Source: an uncultured Candidatus Saccharibacteria bacterium (GTDB lineage: Bacteria; Patescibacteriota; Saccharimonadia; Saccharimonadales; JALRHH01). Taken from it: 64,000 bases of DNA. Location: contig CAYYUY010000002.1 in assembly GCA_964474995.1 (NCBI GenBank), positions 35,755-99,754 on the forward strand, written 5' to 3'. Position numbers and translations under genes: made by a program. Below are positions 47,680-57,644 of this stretch, piece by piece. Positions within the stretch are counted from its first letter, which is position 1. Each line of letters starts with the position of its first letter. Under the pieces are notes generated by a model, which saw only the letters and a list, made by a program, of their open reading frames with translations, searched no databases and was not told where the DNA came from.

Positions 47680-49491
47680 ATGCGTATTTCGGACTCCTTA
47701 GTTGAGAAATTGCTGCTCGACACCAGCACGGTCACGCCAGATCAATTGGCGTCTTTGCGTGAGCAAGAAAAACGCGAGAAGAAGCCTCTCCAAGATGTCG
47801 CGATCCGCTCGAACACTATTTCAGAGCGAGACCTAACCAAGCTCTACGCTGCCGAAATCGACATTCCGTTTGTCGAACTCAACACCAAAGAAATCAAACG
47901 CGAAGTCCTCAAACTTATCCCAGAACGCATTGCTCGCCAGTACGGTGTAGTGCTATTTGGTGTCGAAGATGATGGAACTAAGCTACTAGCCATGGAAGAC
48001 CCGGATGATATCCAGGCAATTAACTTCCTCCAAAAACAGCTTGGTGATCAGATCAGAACGCACGTAGCGACTAGTACCAACATCAAAGCTGCCCTCGATC
48101 AGTACCGTGGCAACATTGGCAACGAACTCACCAAAGTTATCTCACCAGAAGATGAGATCGAAGAAGATGCGGAAGACGTCAGCGATGAAGATCTCGCCGA
48201 AGACTCACCAATCGCTCAAACAGTGAACCTGCTTATTGAATACGCTATCCGAGCAGGTGCCAGCGACATCCATATTGAGCCGCGCGAAGATTACGTTATC
48301 ATCCGCTACCGTATTGACGGTATTTTGCGTGAAGCCAACAAACTACCAAAGAAGGTCCACAACGCACTCGTATCACGCATCAAGATTCTTTCTAACCTCA
48401 AGATCGACGAACGACGCGCACCACAAGATGGTCGCTTCAAGATTCAGACTGCAGGCGGCATATTTGCACTTCGTGTTTCTACCCTGCCAATTACCGAAGG
48501 TGAAAAGGTAGTTATGCGTATATTAAACGAAGGTAACCGGGCTTCTACCCTCGAAGAGCTTGGCTATTGGGGCATCTCACTCAACGCCATCAATGACGTC
48601 ATTACGCAGCCACACGGTATGATCCTCGTTACGGGACCAACTGGCTCAGGTAAGTCTACTAGTCTATTCAGTACGCTCAGTATTCTTAATAAACCAAGTA
48701 TCAACATCTCTACCGTCGAGGACCCGGTTGAATACCGCATTCCTGGCGCAAACCAAGTGCAGCTGAACCCCAAGGCTGGCATGACCTTCGCCAGCGGTCT
48801 TCGCGCACTGATGCGTCAAGACCCCAATGTCATCATGGTTGGTGAAATTCGTGATGGTGAAACGGCGGATATTGCAGTCCAGGCTGCTCTGACAGGTCAC
48901 CTCGTATTTGCAACGCTGCATACTAACAACGCTGCAACCTGTTTGCCACGTCTCCTTGATATGGGTATTGAGCCCTTCCTGATCGCCAGCACCGTGCGGG
49001 CCGTCGTTGGGCAGCGACTTGTTCGTCGACTATGTATTGATTGCCGTGAAGAAGTTACGCCAGATGCACCAAGTATCAAACAACTCGAAAATATCTTTGG
49101 TATTGGAAACCAGGCAGTTATGGCACAAGTCCATGGCCTCGAGAAGCAAGCACTTGCCGGTGGCATTGGTGCGACAAATGCCGGCAAAAGCAAAGTCGAT
49201 ACCAGCAAGCTTTCGACCACCGAAACCAAGATTAGTCGCTTGTTTAGAGCCCATGATGCGGGCTGTGAAAACTGTGGACACACTGGCTACAAAGGCCGGT
49301 TTGGTATTTATGAAGTACTTGCCAATACACCAGACGTCCAAAAGCTGATTGTCGGTAATAGCACGAGTGATATTATCCAAAATCAAGCAGTCAAAGATGG
49401 GATGATTACCATGCAGTTTGATGGTTTCATCAAAGCACTTCGTGGCCAGACCACCGTTGAAGAAATCCTAAGAGTCACCTCGGAACGGTAA
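47680..49491 (+). CDS. pilB: Type IV pilus assembly ATPase PilB (GspE family)
   Basis: N-terminal GSPII domain, GPTGSGKST Walker A, Asp and His boxes, and a tetracysteine motif (CIDC...CENCGHTGYKGR). Confidence 0.9.
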   Translation: MRISDSLVEKLLLDTSTVTPDQLASLREQEKREKKPLQDVAIRSNTISERDLTKLYAAEIDIPFVELNTKEIKREVLKLIPERIARQYGVVLFGVEDDGTKLLAMEDPDDIQAINFLQKQLGDQIRTHVATSTNIKAALDQYRGNIGNELTKVISPEDEIEEDAEDVSDEDLAEDSPIAQTVNLLIEYAIRAGASDIHIEPREDYVIIRYRIDGILREANKLPKKVHNALVSRIKILSNLKIDERRAPQDGRFKIQTAGGIFALRVSTLPITEGEKVVMRILNEGNRASTLEELGYWGISLNAINDVITQPHGMILVTGPTGSGKSTSLFSTLSILNKPSINISTVEDPVEYRIPGANQVQLNPKAGMTFASGLRALMRQDPNVIMVGEIRDGETADIAVQAALTGHLVFATLHTNNAATCLPRLLDMGIEPFLIASTVRAVVGQRLVRRLCIDCREEVTPDAPSIKQLENIFGIGNQAVMAQVHGLEKQALAGGIGATNAGKSKVDTSKLSTTETKISRLFRAHDAGCENCGHTGYKGRFGIYEVLANTPDVQKLIVGNSTSDIIQNQAVKDGMITMQFDGFIKALRGQTTVEEILRVTSER

Positions 49492-49500
49492 TACATAACC

Positions 49501-50709
49501 ATGCGATTCACCTATACCGCCACCAAAGACGGCAAAACAATCCAAGGTAGTGCCGAAGCAATCAGCCAAGAAGCTCTTGTGGCTATGCTGAGTAAGCAAG
49601 GTGCACGACCACTAACAATCAAAATTAGTGGCAAACGCACGGACAACAAGACCAAAGCCAAGGTCAAGCTCCGCGACCTTGTCATCTTTACGCGTCAGTT
49701 ATCCACCATGATTTCTGCCGGCGTACCGCTTGTCAGGTCAATGGCAACCCTGCAATCACAAAGTGATAGCAAGGCCTTCAAGGTAGTTATCGCTAGTATT
49801 TCAAAAGACATAGAAGGTGGCACCTCACTTGCCGATGCCTTCGCCAAGTTCCCAAATGTATTTTCTGATGTCTACGTCAACATGGTACGTGCCGGTGAAG
49901 CCGCTGGTATCCTTGATGACATTCTCAAACGCCTTGCAGCCCAGGTTGAGCAAGATGCCACTATGCGCAAAAAGATCAAAAGTGCCATGGCCTATCCAGT
50001 CGTTATCTTGAGTATCACTATCATTGCCTTCTTTGGCGTAACGATGGGTATCATGCCAAAAATTGGCAAAATCCTAACCGACCTTGGTGGCCCTGATGCC
50101 AAATTACCTCCGTATACTGTTGCCCTACTCGACGTCAGCAAATTCATGCAGCATAACTTCGTAATCGTAGCGGTCGTGCTATTTGGTGGCATATTCCTGA
50201 TCCGGCGATACATCAAAACACCCAAGGGTAAGTATAAATTTCATGCTCTGCTACTTCGTTTACCGATTATTAAAACACTGGTTCGCAAAGTTGCAATCGC
50301 ACGATTTGCGCGAACATTTGCCTCGCTCATGACAGCCGGCGTGAGCGTACTTGATGCCATCGAGGTTACCGGTGGCGCTATTGGCAATAAAGTCATCGAG
50401 GCAGAGCTCAGGGAAGCTTCCAAGGCCGTTCGAAACGGTAAACAGCTCAGTGAACCACTCAGTAACAGCCCCAACTTCCCGCCAATTGTCAGCCAGATGC
50501 TCGCAATTGGTGAAGAAACAGGCCAAATGGACACTATCCTGGTCCGTGTAGCCGACTTTTATGAAGAAGATGTAACTGTTATGATCGATGGCCTCAGTGC
50601 ACTCATCGAACCAGTCATGATCGTTATCCTTGGTGCCCTGGTTGGCCTGATCGCCGCGTCCGTCATGGGACCAATTGCTTCGCTTAGTAAAAATGTTGGC
50701 AATAATTAG
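49501..50709 (+). CDS. pilC: Type IV pilus platform protein PilC (GspF family)
   Basis: Two GspF repeats and three TM segments in the typical layout. Confidence 0.88.
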   Translation: MRFTYTATKDGKTIQGSAEAISQEALVAMLSKQGARPLTIKISGKRTDNKTKAKVKLRDLVIFTRQLSTMISAGVPLVRSMATLQSQSDSKAFKVVIASISKDIEGGTSLADAFAKFPNVFSDVYVNMVRAGEAAGILDDILKRLAAQVEQDATMRKKIKSAMAYPVVILSITIIAFFGVTMGIMPKIGKILTDLGGPDAKLPPYTVALLDVSKFMQHNFVIVAVVLFGGIFLIRRYIKTPKGKYKFHALLLRLPIIKTLVRKVAIARFARTFASLMTAGVSVLDAIEVTGGAIGNKVIEAELREASKAVRNGKQLSEPLSNSPNFPPIVSQMLAIGEETGQMDTILVRVADFYEEDVTVMIDGLSALIEPVMIVILGALVGLIAASVMGPIASLSKNVGNN

Positions 50710-50722
50710 CCCTCAGATCTAT

Positions 50723-50750
50723 TTGCATTTATACCGCTTACGGCTATAAT
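50723..50750 (+). promoter_or_regulatory. Near-consensus sigma-70-type promoter of the major pilin gene
   Basis: TTGCAT (50723-50728), a 16-nt spacer, then TATAAT (50745-50750). This gives a ~70-nt leader, with AAGGAAGGTGGG before the ATG. Confidence 0.55.
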
Positions 50751-50828
50751 CGTCCTCAGATACTTTGATGCCAAAAAAGCTGCAAAGTTTATCACAGCAA
50801 TAAAACGTAATAAGGAAGGTGGGTCCTT

Positions 50829-51281
50829 ATGACTCTCAACCGCAAACAACAGGGTTTCACAATCGTTGAACTCTTGATCGTAATCGTCGTTATCGGTATC
50901 TTGGCAGCACTTGTCATTACTACCTTTACTGGCATCAACAAAAAGGCTCGTGACACCGAGCGTACAACTGATATCAAGGCTCTACACGGCCAAATTGAAG
51001 CGTACTACGCTCAAAATGGTAAGTACCCGACACTTGCAAACTTGCAGGATAACTCATGGCTCCAGGGCAACCTCAAGGGTCTCGACGTTGAAGCAGCACA
51101 CACCCCACAAGGTGATGCTGGCAACAACATCAGTGCGAGTGCAGGTCCAAAATTGTACCAATACACTGTTACAGCTGACCCAAGCGGTGCTTGTGATAAC
51201 ACCACAACTGACTGTGCAAAATATGTTCTGAGCGCAACACTTGAAAGTGGTGGCGCATACACAAAGAACAGCCTGAACTAG
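50829..51281 (+). CDS. Major type IV pilin (prepilin N-terminal cleavage/methylation motif)
   Basis: KQQG|FTIVELLIVIVVIGILAAL, 150 aa, C-terminal Cys pair. It is bracketed by a strong promoter and terminator. Confidence 0.88.
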   Translation: MTLNRKQQGFTIVELLIVIVVIGILAALVITTFTGINKKARDTERTTDIKALHGQIEAYYAQNGKYPTLANLQDNSWLQGNLKGLDVEAAHTPQGDAGNNISASAGPKLYQYTVTADPSGACDNTTTDCAKYVLSATLESGGAYTKNSLN

Positions 51282-51299
51282 TACATCTAGCCAGCTGCC

Positions 51300-51331
51300 A
51301 AAAAAAGCCGCTCATCACGAGCGGCTTTTTT
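51300..51331 (+). terminator. Rho-independent terminator after the pilin gene
   Basis: AAAAAAGCCGCTC-ATCAC-GAGCGGCTTTTTT. Confidence 0.85.
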
Positions 51332-51371
51332 ACGAGCTACGATACCTGATGAAGTATAATAAAACATAAGC

Positions 51372-51824
51372 ATGAAACTCTTTCGTCGACTCAAACCACA
51401 GTCAGGCTTCACCTTGGTCGAGTTGTTGTTGGCGTGCGTTGTGTTCCCTATCATTGTCGTAGGTATCTCGCAGGCCTTTGACGCCGTACGAAAGTCCTAC
51501 ACAACCGCCAAACAGCTCAACGAGATATACGCGGTACTCAGCGCCTGCCCAGAGCTCGACCGCGCACTCGACTTTACCTATGTCACAAGTACTACGAACT
51601 GTTCACCAAACAACACCTTCAAGGCTGAGGGTGGTAGTGGCATCAGTTACAGCTACACCCCAACCCTGACAATCAAAGATACTGCAACACTCGCAAGCGG
51701 TGACCCATTACAAACCATCCCCGACTCAAAAGTTGTCGACATTACCGTAGGCTATATCAAAAGTTCCGCCCCGGCACTTGAGCTTCGCATGCTCATCACC
51801 AGAAACGGTATCGCCCAGTTATGA
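51372..51824 (+). CDS. Minor pilin / pseudopilin
   Basis: QSG|FTLVELLLA prepilin motif. Confidence 0.75.
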   Translation: MKLFRRLKPQSGFTLVELLLACVVFPIIVVGISQAFDAVRKSYTTAKQLNEIYAVLSACPELDRALDFTYVTSTTNCSPNNTFKAEGGSGISYSYTPTLTIKDTATLASGDPLQTIPDSKVVDITVGYIKSSAPALELRMLITRNGIAQL

Positions 51825-52591
51825 AGCGCCTAGAAAACGGTTTTACCCTTATTGAGGTTGTTATTGTTTTGGGTCTCAGCGCTTTTTTTGTGACACTAAT
51901 CATGTTCTTTGGCATTAGCTACTGGCGCTACTCATCATTGCTCGAAGCCGATCTCGACACCTTCGTGAATCGCCTGAACGCACAAGATTATATCCGTGAA
52001 ATGGTTGGAACCACTGACGGCCTTATTACCCAAAATAGTATCCCAGATGCTCACGTCGGCAATTCTGATCCTATTGCGGGTGCCTCATATTGGATACCAA
52101 TACACGCAGTTCCCGGCAATGTATCAAGCGGTAGCAGTGGTACCACGCCACTCTTGTACTTCCGGCGTATGACCATCACCACAAGTAATACCATCGCCAT
52201 GAACGGCTTGCAGCCCTATGATGATGAATACGTGCTGTACTTAAATGGGGCAACGAAGCAACTTTTTGTCCGTACCTTGGCCAACCCTGATGTGCTCAAC
52301 AACAAGGCAATCACCAGCTGCCCACCCTCACTCGCAACAGCTAGCTGCCCGGCAGATAAAATGCTCCTCGATAAGCTCGACTCTGTTGATACGGTCTACT
52401 ATTCACGCAGTGGCAACACCATCAACCACCAATCAATTACGGACCCGGACACCGGCGCCTATATTGGCCCTGACTTCCAGCTCGTCGAAGCATTACAGTA
52501 CACTTTCCATATCAAGGGCAAACCCCTCTTCCAGACTTCTACAGCAACCGTCAATGATACGATAGTACGTATTGCACTGAGGAACACATAA
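51821..52591 (+). CDS. Minor pilin / pseudopilin
   Basis: ENG|FTLIEVVIVLGL prepilin motif. ATGA-coupled to the upstream gene. Confidence 0.75.
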   Translation: MKRLENGFTLIEVVIVLGLSAFFVTLIMFFGISYWRYSSLLEADLDTFVNRLNAQDYIREMVGTTDGLITQNSIPDAHVGNSDPIAGASYWIPIHAVPGNVSSGSSGTTPLLYFRRMTITTSNTIAMNGLQPYDDEYVLYLNGATKQLFVRTLANPDVLNNKAITSCPPSLATASCPADKMLLDKLDSVDTVYYSRSGNTINHQSITDPDTGAYIGPDFQLVEALQYTFHIKGKPLFQTSTATVNDTIVRIALRNT

Positions 52592-54027
52592 TGAACTCTA
52601 TCCGACTCCGTACAACTAATAATCAGCGCGGTTCTATTATTGTATCTATCCTGGTCGTGACGCTATTTTTGACAATTATCATCTATAGTCTGATCGTGCT
52701 GGCCAATGTTAACCTGACCCGTGCCAGGGGTCGTATCCTGTTGCTGCAAGCGCAGTACTCGGCCGAGTCTGGTGCTGATGCCGCGATTGCTATCCTCAAC
52801 AACACAAACGCTAACTACCCCGGCACCAGTGCCGATGTACAGGTTGTTTCCACTGGGCAGTACAAGGCAACGTATGCAGTGACGGTGAGTGCCGGCTCTA
52901 CTGCCAAAGAACGCATTATTACTGCTACCGGTAAGGTCTACGCTCCAAAAAATGCCAGTACTCCCAACTTTGTGCGGAAGATTGAAGTTACTGCACAGCA
53001 AAGTTCTACTACATCAGCATCCTCAGTCATAAGCCGCAACATTCTGGATATTGCGAGTTCTGTCAAAGACATAAAAGCCGTTGATGTAACAGTAAACGGC
53101 TACATAAACCTGGCCAAAAACGTCAACAATCTTATTGCCGAAAATATTACCATTGGTGGTAAGAATACCAACGCCAGTAACTGTTCAATTGGGGGATCAG
53201 GTAGTCTGTCTAAACCTGCAAGCTTCACCCATGCCGGACAAACCAAGACCAAACTAACGTTGGCATACAATAACTGCATAAGCCCTCCCGGCAACGCCAA
53301 TAATGCCGATTTTGATGTGCTCGTAAACCAAACAAATATTCCAAAGGTTAGCTCAACATATATCCCATGGGGCAGTTACATGGATAGCTCCTACCAGAGC
53401 TCGCCCGGTGGTTGTAGCGACTGGACCAGCGGTACTTTCCCTCGTGATATCCCGAGCACCGGCAACATCAAGAAGACTCATTACCCAGATAGCGGTAGCA
53501 ATGTTAGCAGTTCGTGTGGTACTTCTGGTGACATACCGCTAGGAAGTGGTCAATACAATATCAAAGACAATGCCCATATTCGAGCCAGCCTTTGTGCTGC
53601 CAGTGCCTGTACGCCAACATTTTACAACCCCGATAGTGGAGCTGCTGGTATCAAGTTTGTGTTTGTTGAAGGTACCGTCAACTTCGGCGGCGTCAAAACA
53701 GCTCCCGGCAGCGGACCTATTGTTATCGTTGCCTACGGTAGTGATCCGGCCTCCAAGGCAGGTTCGTGTCCCGACGGTGGTGCATTTTACTTAGGCAACA
53801 GTATGAATACCGACGCTCCAGCACTCTACATGCTTGCTATCAATGGTCTCTGTCTCGACCAGACCAAATTTGATTCTGCGCATGCGCTTGGAGGTCTATC
53901 AGGTAAAAACATCTACATCGCAACCAACTCGGGCACACCCTGGGATCTCCAGCTAGAGCCCACCTTCCCAAGTAGCGCCATCCCCGTAGACCTCTCATGG
54001 AAAGCAGTTCACTATCGTCGTCTTTAG
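52591..54027 (+). CDS. Large PilX-like minor pilin / tip-associated protein (478 aa)
   Basis: N-terminal hydrophobic helix (RGSIIVSILVVTLFLTIIIYSL) without the G-F-T-L-x-E motif, followed by a large Ser/Thr/Asn/Gly-rich extracellular part with several Cys. Confidence 0.6.
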   Translation: MNSIRLRTTNNQRGSIIVSILVVTLFLTIIIYSLIVLANVNLTRARGRILLLQAQYSAESGADAAIAILNNTNANYPGTSADVQVVSTGQYKATYAVTVSAGSTAKERIITATGKVYAPKNASTPNFVRKIEVTAQQSSTTSASSVISRNILDIASSVKDIKAVDVTVNGYINLAKNVNNLIAENITIGGKNTNASNCSIGGSGSLSKPASFTHAGQTKTKLTLAYNNCISPPGNANNADFDVLVNQTNIPKVSSTYIPWGSYMDSSYQSSPGGCSDWTSGTFPRDIPSTGNIKKTHYPDSGSNVSSSCGTSGDIPLGSGQYNIKDNAHIRASLCAASACTPTFYNPDSGAAGIKFVFVEGTVNFGGVKTAPGSGPIVIVAYGSDPASKAGSCPDGGAFYLGNSMNTDAPALYMLAINGLCLDQTKFDSAHALGGLSGKNIYIATNSGTPWDLQLEPTFPSSAIPVDLSWKAVHYRRL

Positions 54028-54095
54028 ACCTCAAATTTCACCCCGCTTATGCTATAGTAAGAGCCAAGGAAACATTGGTGCTTTGATGGGCAAGC

Positions 54096-55160
54096 ATGAC
54101 TAACAAATCTTATTTTTACCACGACAAACCAGTCTTTGGACTTGATATCGGCTTCAGTAGCATGAAGGTCATGCAAGTCGAACCATTGGGCAAAAAACAC
54201 GTTATTACTGGATATGGCGTGGCTAATTTTGATGCCGGGGCAATTGTCGATGGCATTATCAAAGACCCAATTGCACTCGCCAAAGCTGCACACGAGCTAT
54301 TCAACAAACAACTGGTTGGTGATATCACTACTCGGCGCGTAGCTATGGCTATACCAGCGTCACGTACATTTACACGCACCATGACCCTCCCAAAACTCCA
54401 CGAAAAGGATATCGCCGAGGCTGTGAAGCTCGAAGCTGAACAGTACATACCAATGCCGATTGATGATCTACATCTCGACTACAATGTTATTCACACTACC
54501 CCCGAAGAAATTGAACTCCTGGCGGTGGCTGTCCCCAAGAAAGTTGTCGATAGCTATCTCGCCTTTGCGCGGCTAGTTGACCTTGAGCCAATTGCAATTG
54601 AAACAACCATTACTGCCGGTAGTCGTCTCTTTGCTAAAACCGAAGGTAGTGACCTGCCAACTGTGTTGATCGATTTTGGCTCACTTTCGACCGACATCAC
54701 TGTCTACGATAACGCTATTATCGTCACTGGCACCGTTCCTGGCGGAGGCGACAGCTTTACGGCCAGTATTGCCGAGATCCTCAACATCAGTAAACAAGAG
54801 GCTCATATCGTTAAAACCAAGTACGGGCTTGGCTTGTCAAAAAAGCAAAAAGAAATAACTGCTGCTACCAAGCCAATCCTCGACCAACTCGGCAAGGAAA
54901 TTCGCCGCATGATTCGCTACTACGAAGAACGCTACGGTACTGAGCGCAAAATTGGCCAAATTGTCACCATTGGTGGTGGCGCCAATATGCCTGGTATATC
55001 CGAATATATGACCAGTCTGCTCCGTATTCCTGTCCGCATGTCTAATCCTTGGGAATACATCAGTTTCGGCAAATTACAGCCACCAAACAGCATTGAAAAA
55101 TCAATGTACATCACTGTTGCCGGGCTATCACTCACTGAAGCAAAGAAGGTGTTCACATGA
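54096..55160 (+). CDS. pilM: Type IV pilus assembly protein PilM (actin-like ATPase fold)
   Basis: VFGLDIGFSSMKVMQV, and a later DFGSLSTDITV block. Confidence 0.85.
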   Translation: MTNKSYFYHDKPVFGLDIGFSSMKVMQVEPLGKKHVITGYGVANFDAGAIVDGIIKDPIALAKAAHELFNKQLVGDITTRRVAMAIPASRTFTRTMTLPKLHEKDIAEAVKLEAEQYIPMPIDDLHLDYNVIHTTPEEIELLAVAVPKKVVDSYLAFARLVDLEPIAIETTITAGSRLFAKTEGSDLPTVLIDFGSLSTDITVYDNAIIVTGTVPGGGDSFTASIAEILNISKQEAHIVKTKYGLGLSKKQKEITAATKPILDQLGKEIRRMIRYYEERYGTERKIGQIVTIGGGANMPGISEYMTSLLRIPVRMSNPWEYISFGKLQPPNSIEKSMYITVAGLSLTEAKKVFT

Positions 55161-55765
55161 TCAACCTCCTACCCCCAGAGATTAAGCAAGACTATTCTTA
55201 CGCCAGACGAAATGTTCTCATGCGTAAATGGGTTGTTGGTATGATTGTAGCCATCGCTGGCGTTGCAGTGATCGTGGTTGTTGGTATGCTCTACATGAGC
55301 CAGTCGATCCACCAGTATACCGAGCAAAAGACCGAGACAGAACAGCAGCTAAAAGTTCAGAAACTTGAAGAAACTCAGACAAAACTACAAGACATCAGTA
55401 GCAATCTCAAGCTTGTCACGCAAGTGCTTGGCCAAGAAGTTCTGTTCTCTAACCTCATGCAGCAAATTGGCAGTGTTATGCCAGCAGACGCAGTGTTAAC
55501 CGACCTGAACATCGGCAAAACAAGTGGCGGCATAGACATGAAGGCTGCAACAACCACCCAATCGGTTGCAACGCAGGTTCAGGTCAACCTACAGGACCCA
55601 AAGAATAAGATCTTCGACAAAGTAGATATCGTAAACATTACGTGTGGTAGCTCCGCTTATGGCGGTAAATACCCTTGCGCCGTGCAGCTCAGAGCATCGT
55701 TCAATGCCTGCAACCAGTTCTTATTTGTAACAGCCAGCTGTAAACCTGTTGGAGGCACCAAGTAG
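55157..55765 (+). CDS. pilN: PilN-like bitopic protein
   Basis: MINLLPPEIK start, a single TM, then a coiled coil. ATGA-coupled to pilM. Confidence 0.7.
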   Translation: MINLLPPEIKQDYSYARRNVLMRKWVVGMIVAIAGVAVIVVVGMLYMSQSIHQYTEQKTETEQQLKVQKLEETQTKLQDISSNLKLVTQVLGQEVLFSNLMQQIGSVMPADAVLTDLNIGKTSGGIDMKAATTTQSVATQVQVNLQDPKNKIFDKVDIVNITCGSSAYGGKYPCAVQLRASFNACNQFLFVTASCKPVGGTK

Positions 55766-56391
55766 TGAACAATAAACGCTTTTACCTTGTCATGCTTGGA
55801 GTCGTTGGTTTACTGGTAATTGTATTGATCGCAAGTGTCGTGTTTGGTGAACAGATTCTCAATAAGCAATCCGCCAAACTTATGAGCCTCAAACTTGATA
55901 ACCAAATCCTCGATCAGCAGCAAGCCGCTCTCGGTAAAGCCAACCGTGACCTTCAGAAATACTCAGAACTTGGAAACCTTGCAAAGACAATCGTGCCACA
56001 AGATAAAGACCAGGCCAAAACAATCCGTGAAATTCTCAATATTGCCAATGAGAATGACATACCACTAACAGCAATTACTTTCCCGGCTTCCTCACTTGGT
56101 GCGCTGCCAGCAGCCGCACCCACCGCTGGCAGTACAACACCAGCCGTGACTACACCTCCAGTGTCTCAGGTAAAACCTGTCGACGGCGTAAAAGGCGTGT
56201 ACAGAATGGAAATAATCGTGCAGAGCGATCAAACTAATCCCCGGCCCTACGCCAACTTGCAGAATTTTCTCGCCAAGCTCGAACAAAATCGGCGCACCGC
56301 GCAAGTTTCCCAGCTCGTTATTACACCTGATGCCAAGAATATAAGTCTCCTCAGTTTTTCACTTACTATTAATGTATTTATAAAGCCATGA
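55765..56391 (+). CDS. pilO: PilO-like bitopic protein
   Basis: Single TM, coiled coil and a C-terminal alpha/beta domain. Position after pilN. Confidence 0.55.
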   Translation: MNNKRFYLVMLGVVGLLVIVLIASVVFGEQILNKQSAKLMSLKLDNQILDQQQAALGKANRDLQKYSELGNLAKTIVPQDKDQAKTIREILNIANENDIPLTAITFPASSLGALPAAAPTAGSTTPAVTTPPVSQVKPVDGVKGVYRMEIIVQSDQTNPRPYANLQNFLAKLEQNRRTAQVSQLVITPDAKNISLLSFSLTINVFIKP

Positions 56392-56693
56392 ATCCAGACA
56401 TAAACCTCAAATCAATCGTTACCAAACTTGTACCTGTACTCGACCGTATCAAAAAATATGGTGCATTTGCTGTGTGTGTAATCATCCTCGGCGTGTATGC
56501 ATTCCTGATTCTCGATATCAACACTATGAGCCAGGCCGAGCCAACTGATACCGCAGTCCAAGAAAAGCTCAAGACCATCACCGTACCAAAGCTTGACGAA
56601 GCAACTCTGAAAAAGATAAATGACTTGCAAGACCAGAACGTACAGGTCAAATCACTGTTTGATCAAGCCCGAGACAATCCGTTCTCGGAATAA
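56388..56693 (+). CDS. Small bitopic protein, last gene of the pilus block
   Basis: 101 aa, one TM, ATGA-coupled to the pilO-like gene. Confidence 0.5.
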   Translation: MNPDINLKSIVTKLVPVLDRIKKYGAFAVCVIILGVYAFLILDINTMSQAEPTDTAVQEKLKTITVPKLDEATLKKINDLQDQNVQVKSLFDQARDNPFSE

Positions 56694-56859
56694 TACATAG
56701 GACTTTCACACCGCTTAGTAGATAACAGGGCGTTGATGGCTTGGGTGAAAACTTTCAGACCGAATGAGAGGTAGTATTCTACGTCGAAAGAAGAGTGGGA
56801 GTTTTCAGTCGGCCAGCTGTGATTTATTACTGCAAGGAGGTATGAAAGCCCTATGTAAC

Positions 56860-57558
56860 CTAGTGCGGTGGACTATTGCCACGGCCGATACATTCAGCGC
56901 GTGTGTCCAGGAGTAACTGGCCGTAGTGGTTAGGCCTTGGGCAGTACTGAAAATGGAAGTTATTTTGTTCACCCGCCGTCTCGACGCGTACTTGTCCAAA
57001 GTTGAATAACATCGGAAACAGGCCGTGTTTTTCTGCCGTTACATCTTCCACGTTGTTAAGTGATAACTGCGAGACTTGCTTGTCAAATAAACCGTTACGA
57101 ATAATCTGAGTTACATTTCGGTCGGTCAAAATAAGTTCATTTGAGCTGTAGATATACGTCACAACGAGTAGTATCACCACCATAATGGCGCCAAATAATG
57201 CGACAATAATCAGCACCCAGCTCTTGGCTGCAACTTGTTGATCCTCACCAAAAAAACCTGGAACAAGATACAGCATGAGGCCACTTGCCAGTATAAAGCC
57301 AAACAAGGCCTCTAAATACATCACAACCAGGCCAAAAGGGTGCTTCTTGGTGCGGAATATCAATTTCTCACCTGGCTCCGTAATTGCTTCGATTGAACCA
57401 TGAATCATTCGACGCGGTTGAGGAGTTGGCTGCTGCTGGGGTTGTACCAGAGGAGTTGGAGTAGCAGCTTGTGACGGTTGAGAAGCTTCCTGCGGAGGTA
57501 ACTGTGGCTCTGAAGCTTGTGGAATTACCGACGTTTGTGGCGTTTCTTCTGGATTCAT
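56860..57558 (-). CDS. Bacterial PH-domain (bPH_2/YdbS-like) membrane protein with Pro/Gln-rich N-terminus
   Basis: GEKLIFRTKKHPF, two TM helices, LILTDRNVTQI...VEDV...FNFGQVRVETAG. The start was set at MNPEET. TATAAT lies 7 nt upstream, so the transcript may be leaderless. Confidence 0.6.
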   Translation of the reverse strand: MNPEETPQTSVIPQASEPQLPPQEASQPSQAATPTPLVQPQQQPTPQPRRMIHGSIEAITEPGEKLIFRTKKHPFGLVVMYLEALFGFILASGLMLYLVPGFFGEDQQVAAKSWVLIIVALFGAIMVVILLVVTYIYSSNELILTDRNVTQIIRNGLFDKQVSQLSLNNVEDVTAEKHGLFPMLFNFGQVRVETAGEQNNFHFQYCPRPNHYGQLLLDTRAECIGRGNSPPH

Positions 57559-57644
57559 ATAATTATTATAGCGTAGGAATGGAGAAATAAACGTGTTCAC
57601 ATGTTTATTTTGAGTACCGCCCGCTTCAGTAGTACAAGGTATTG

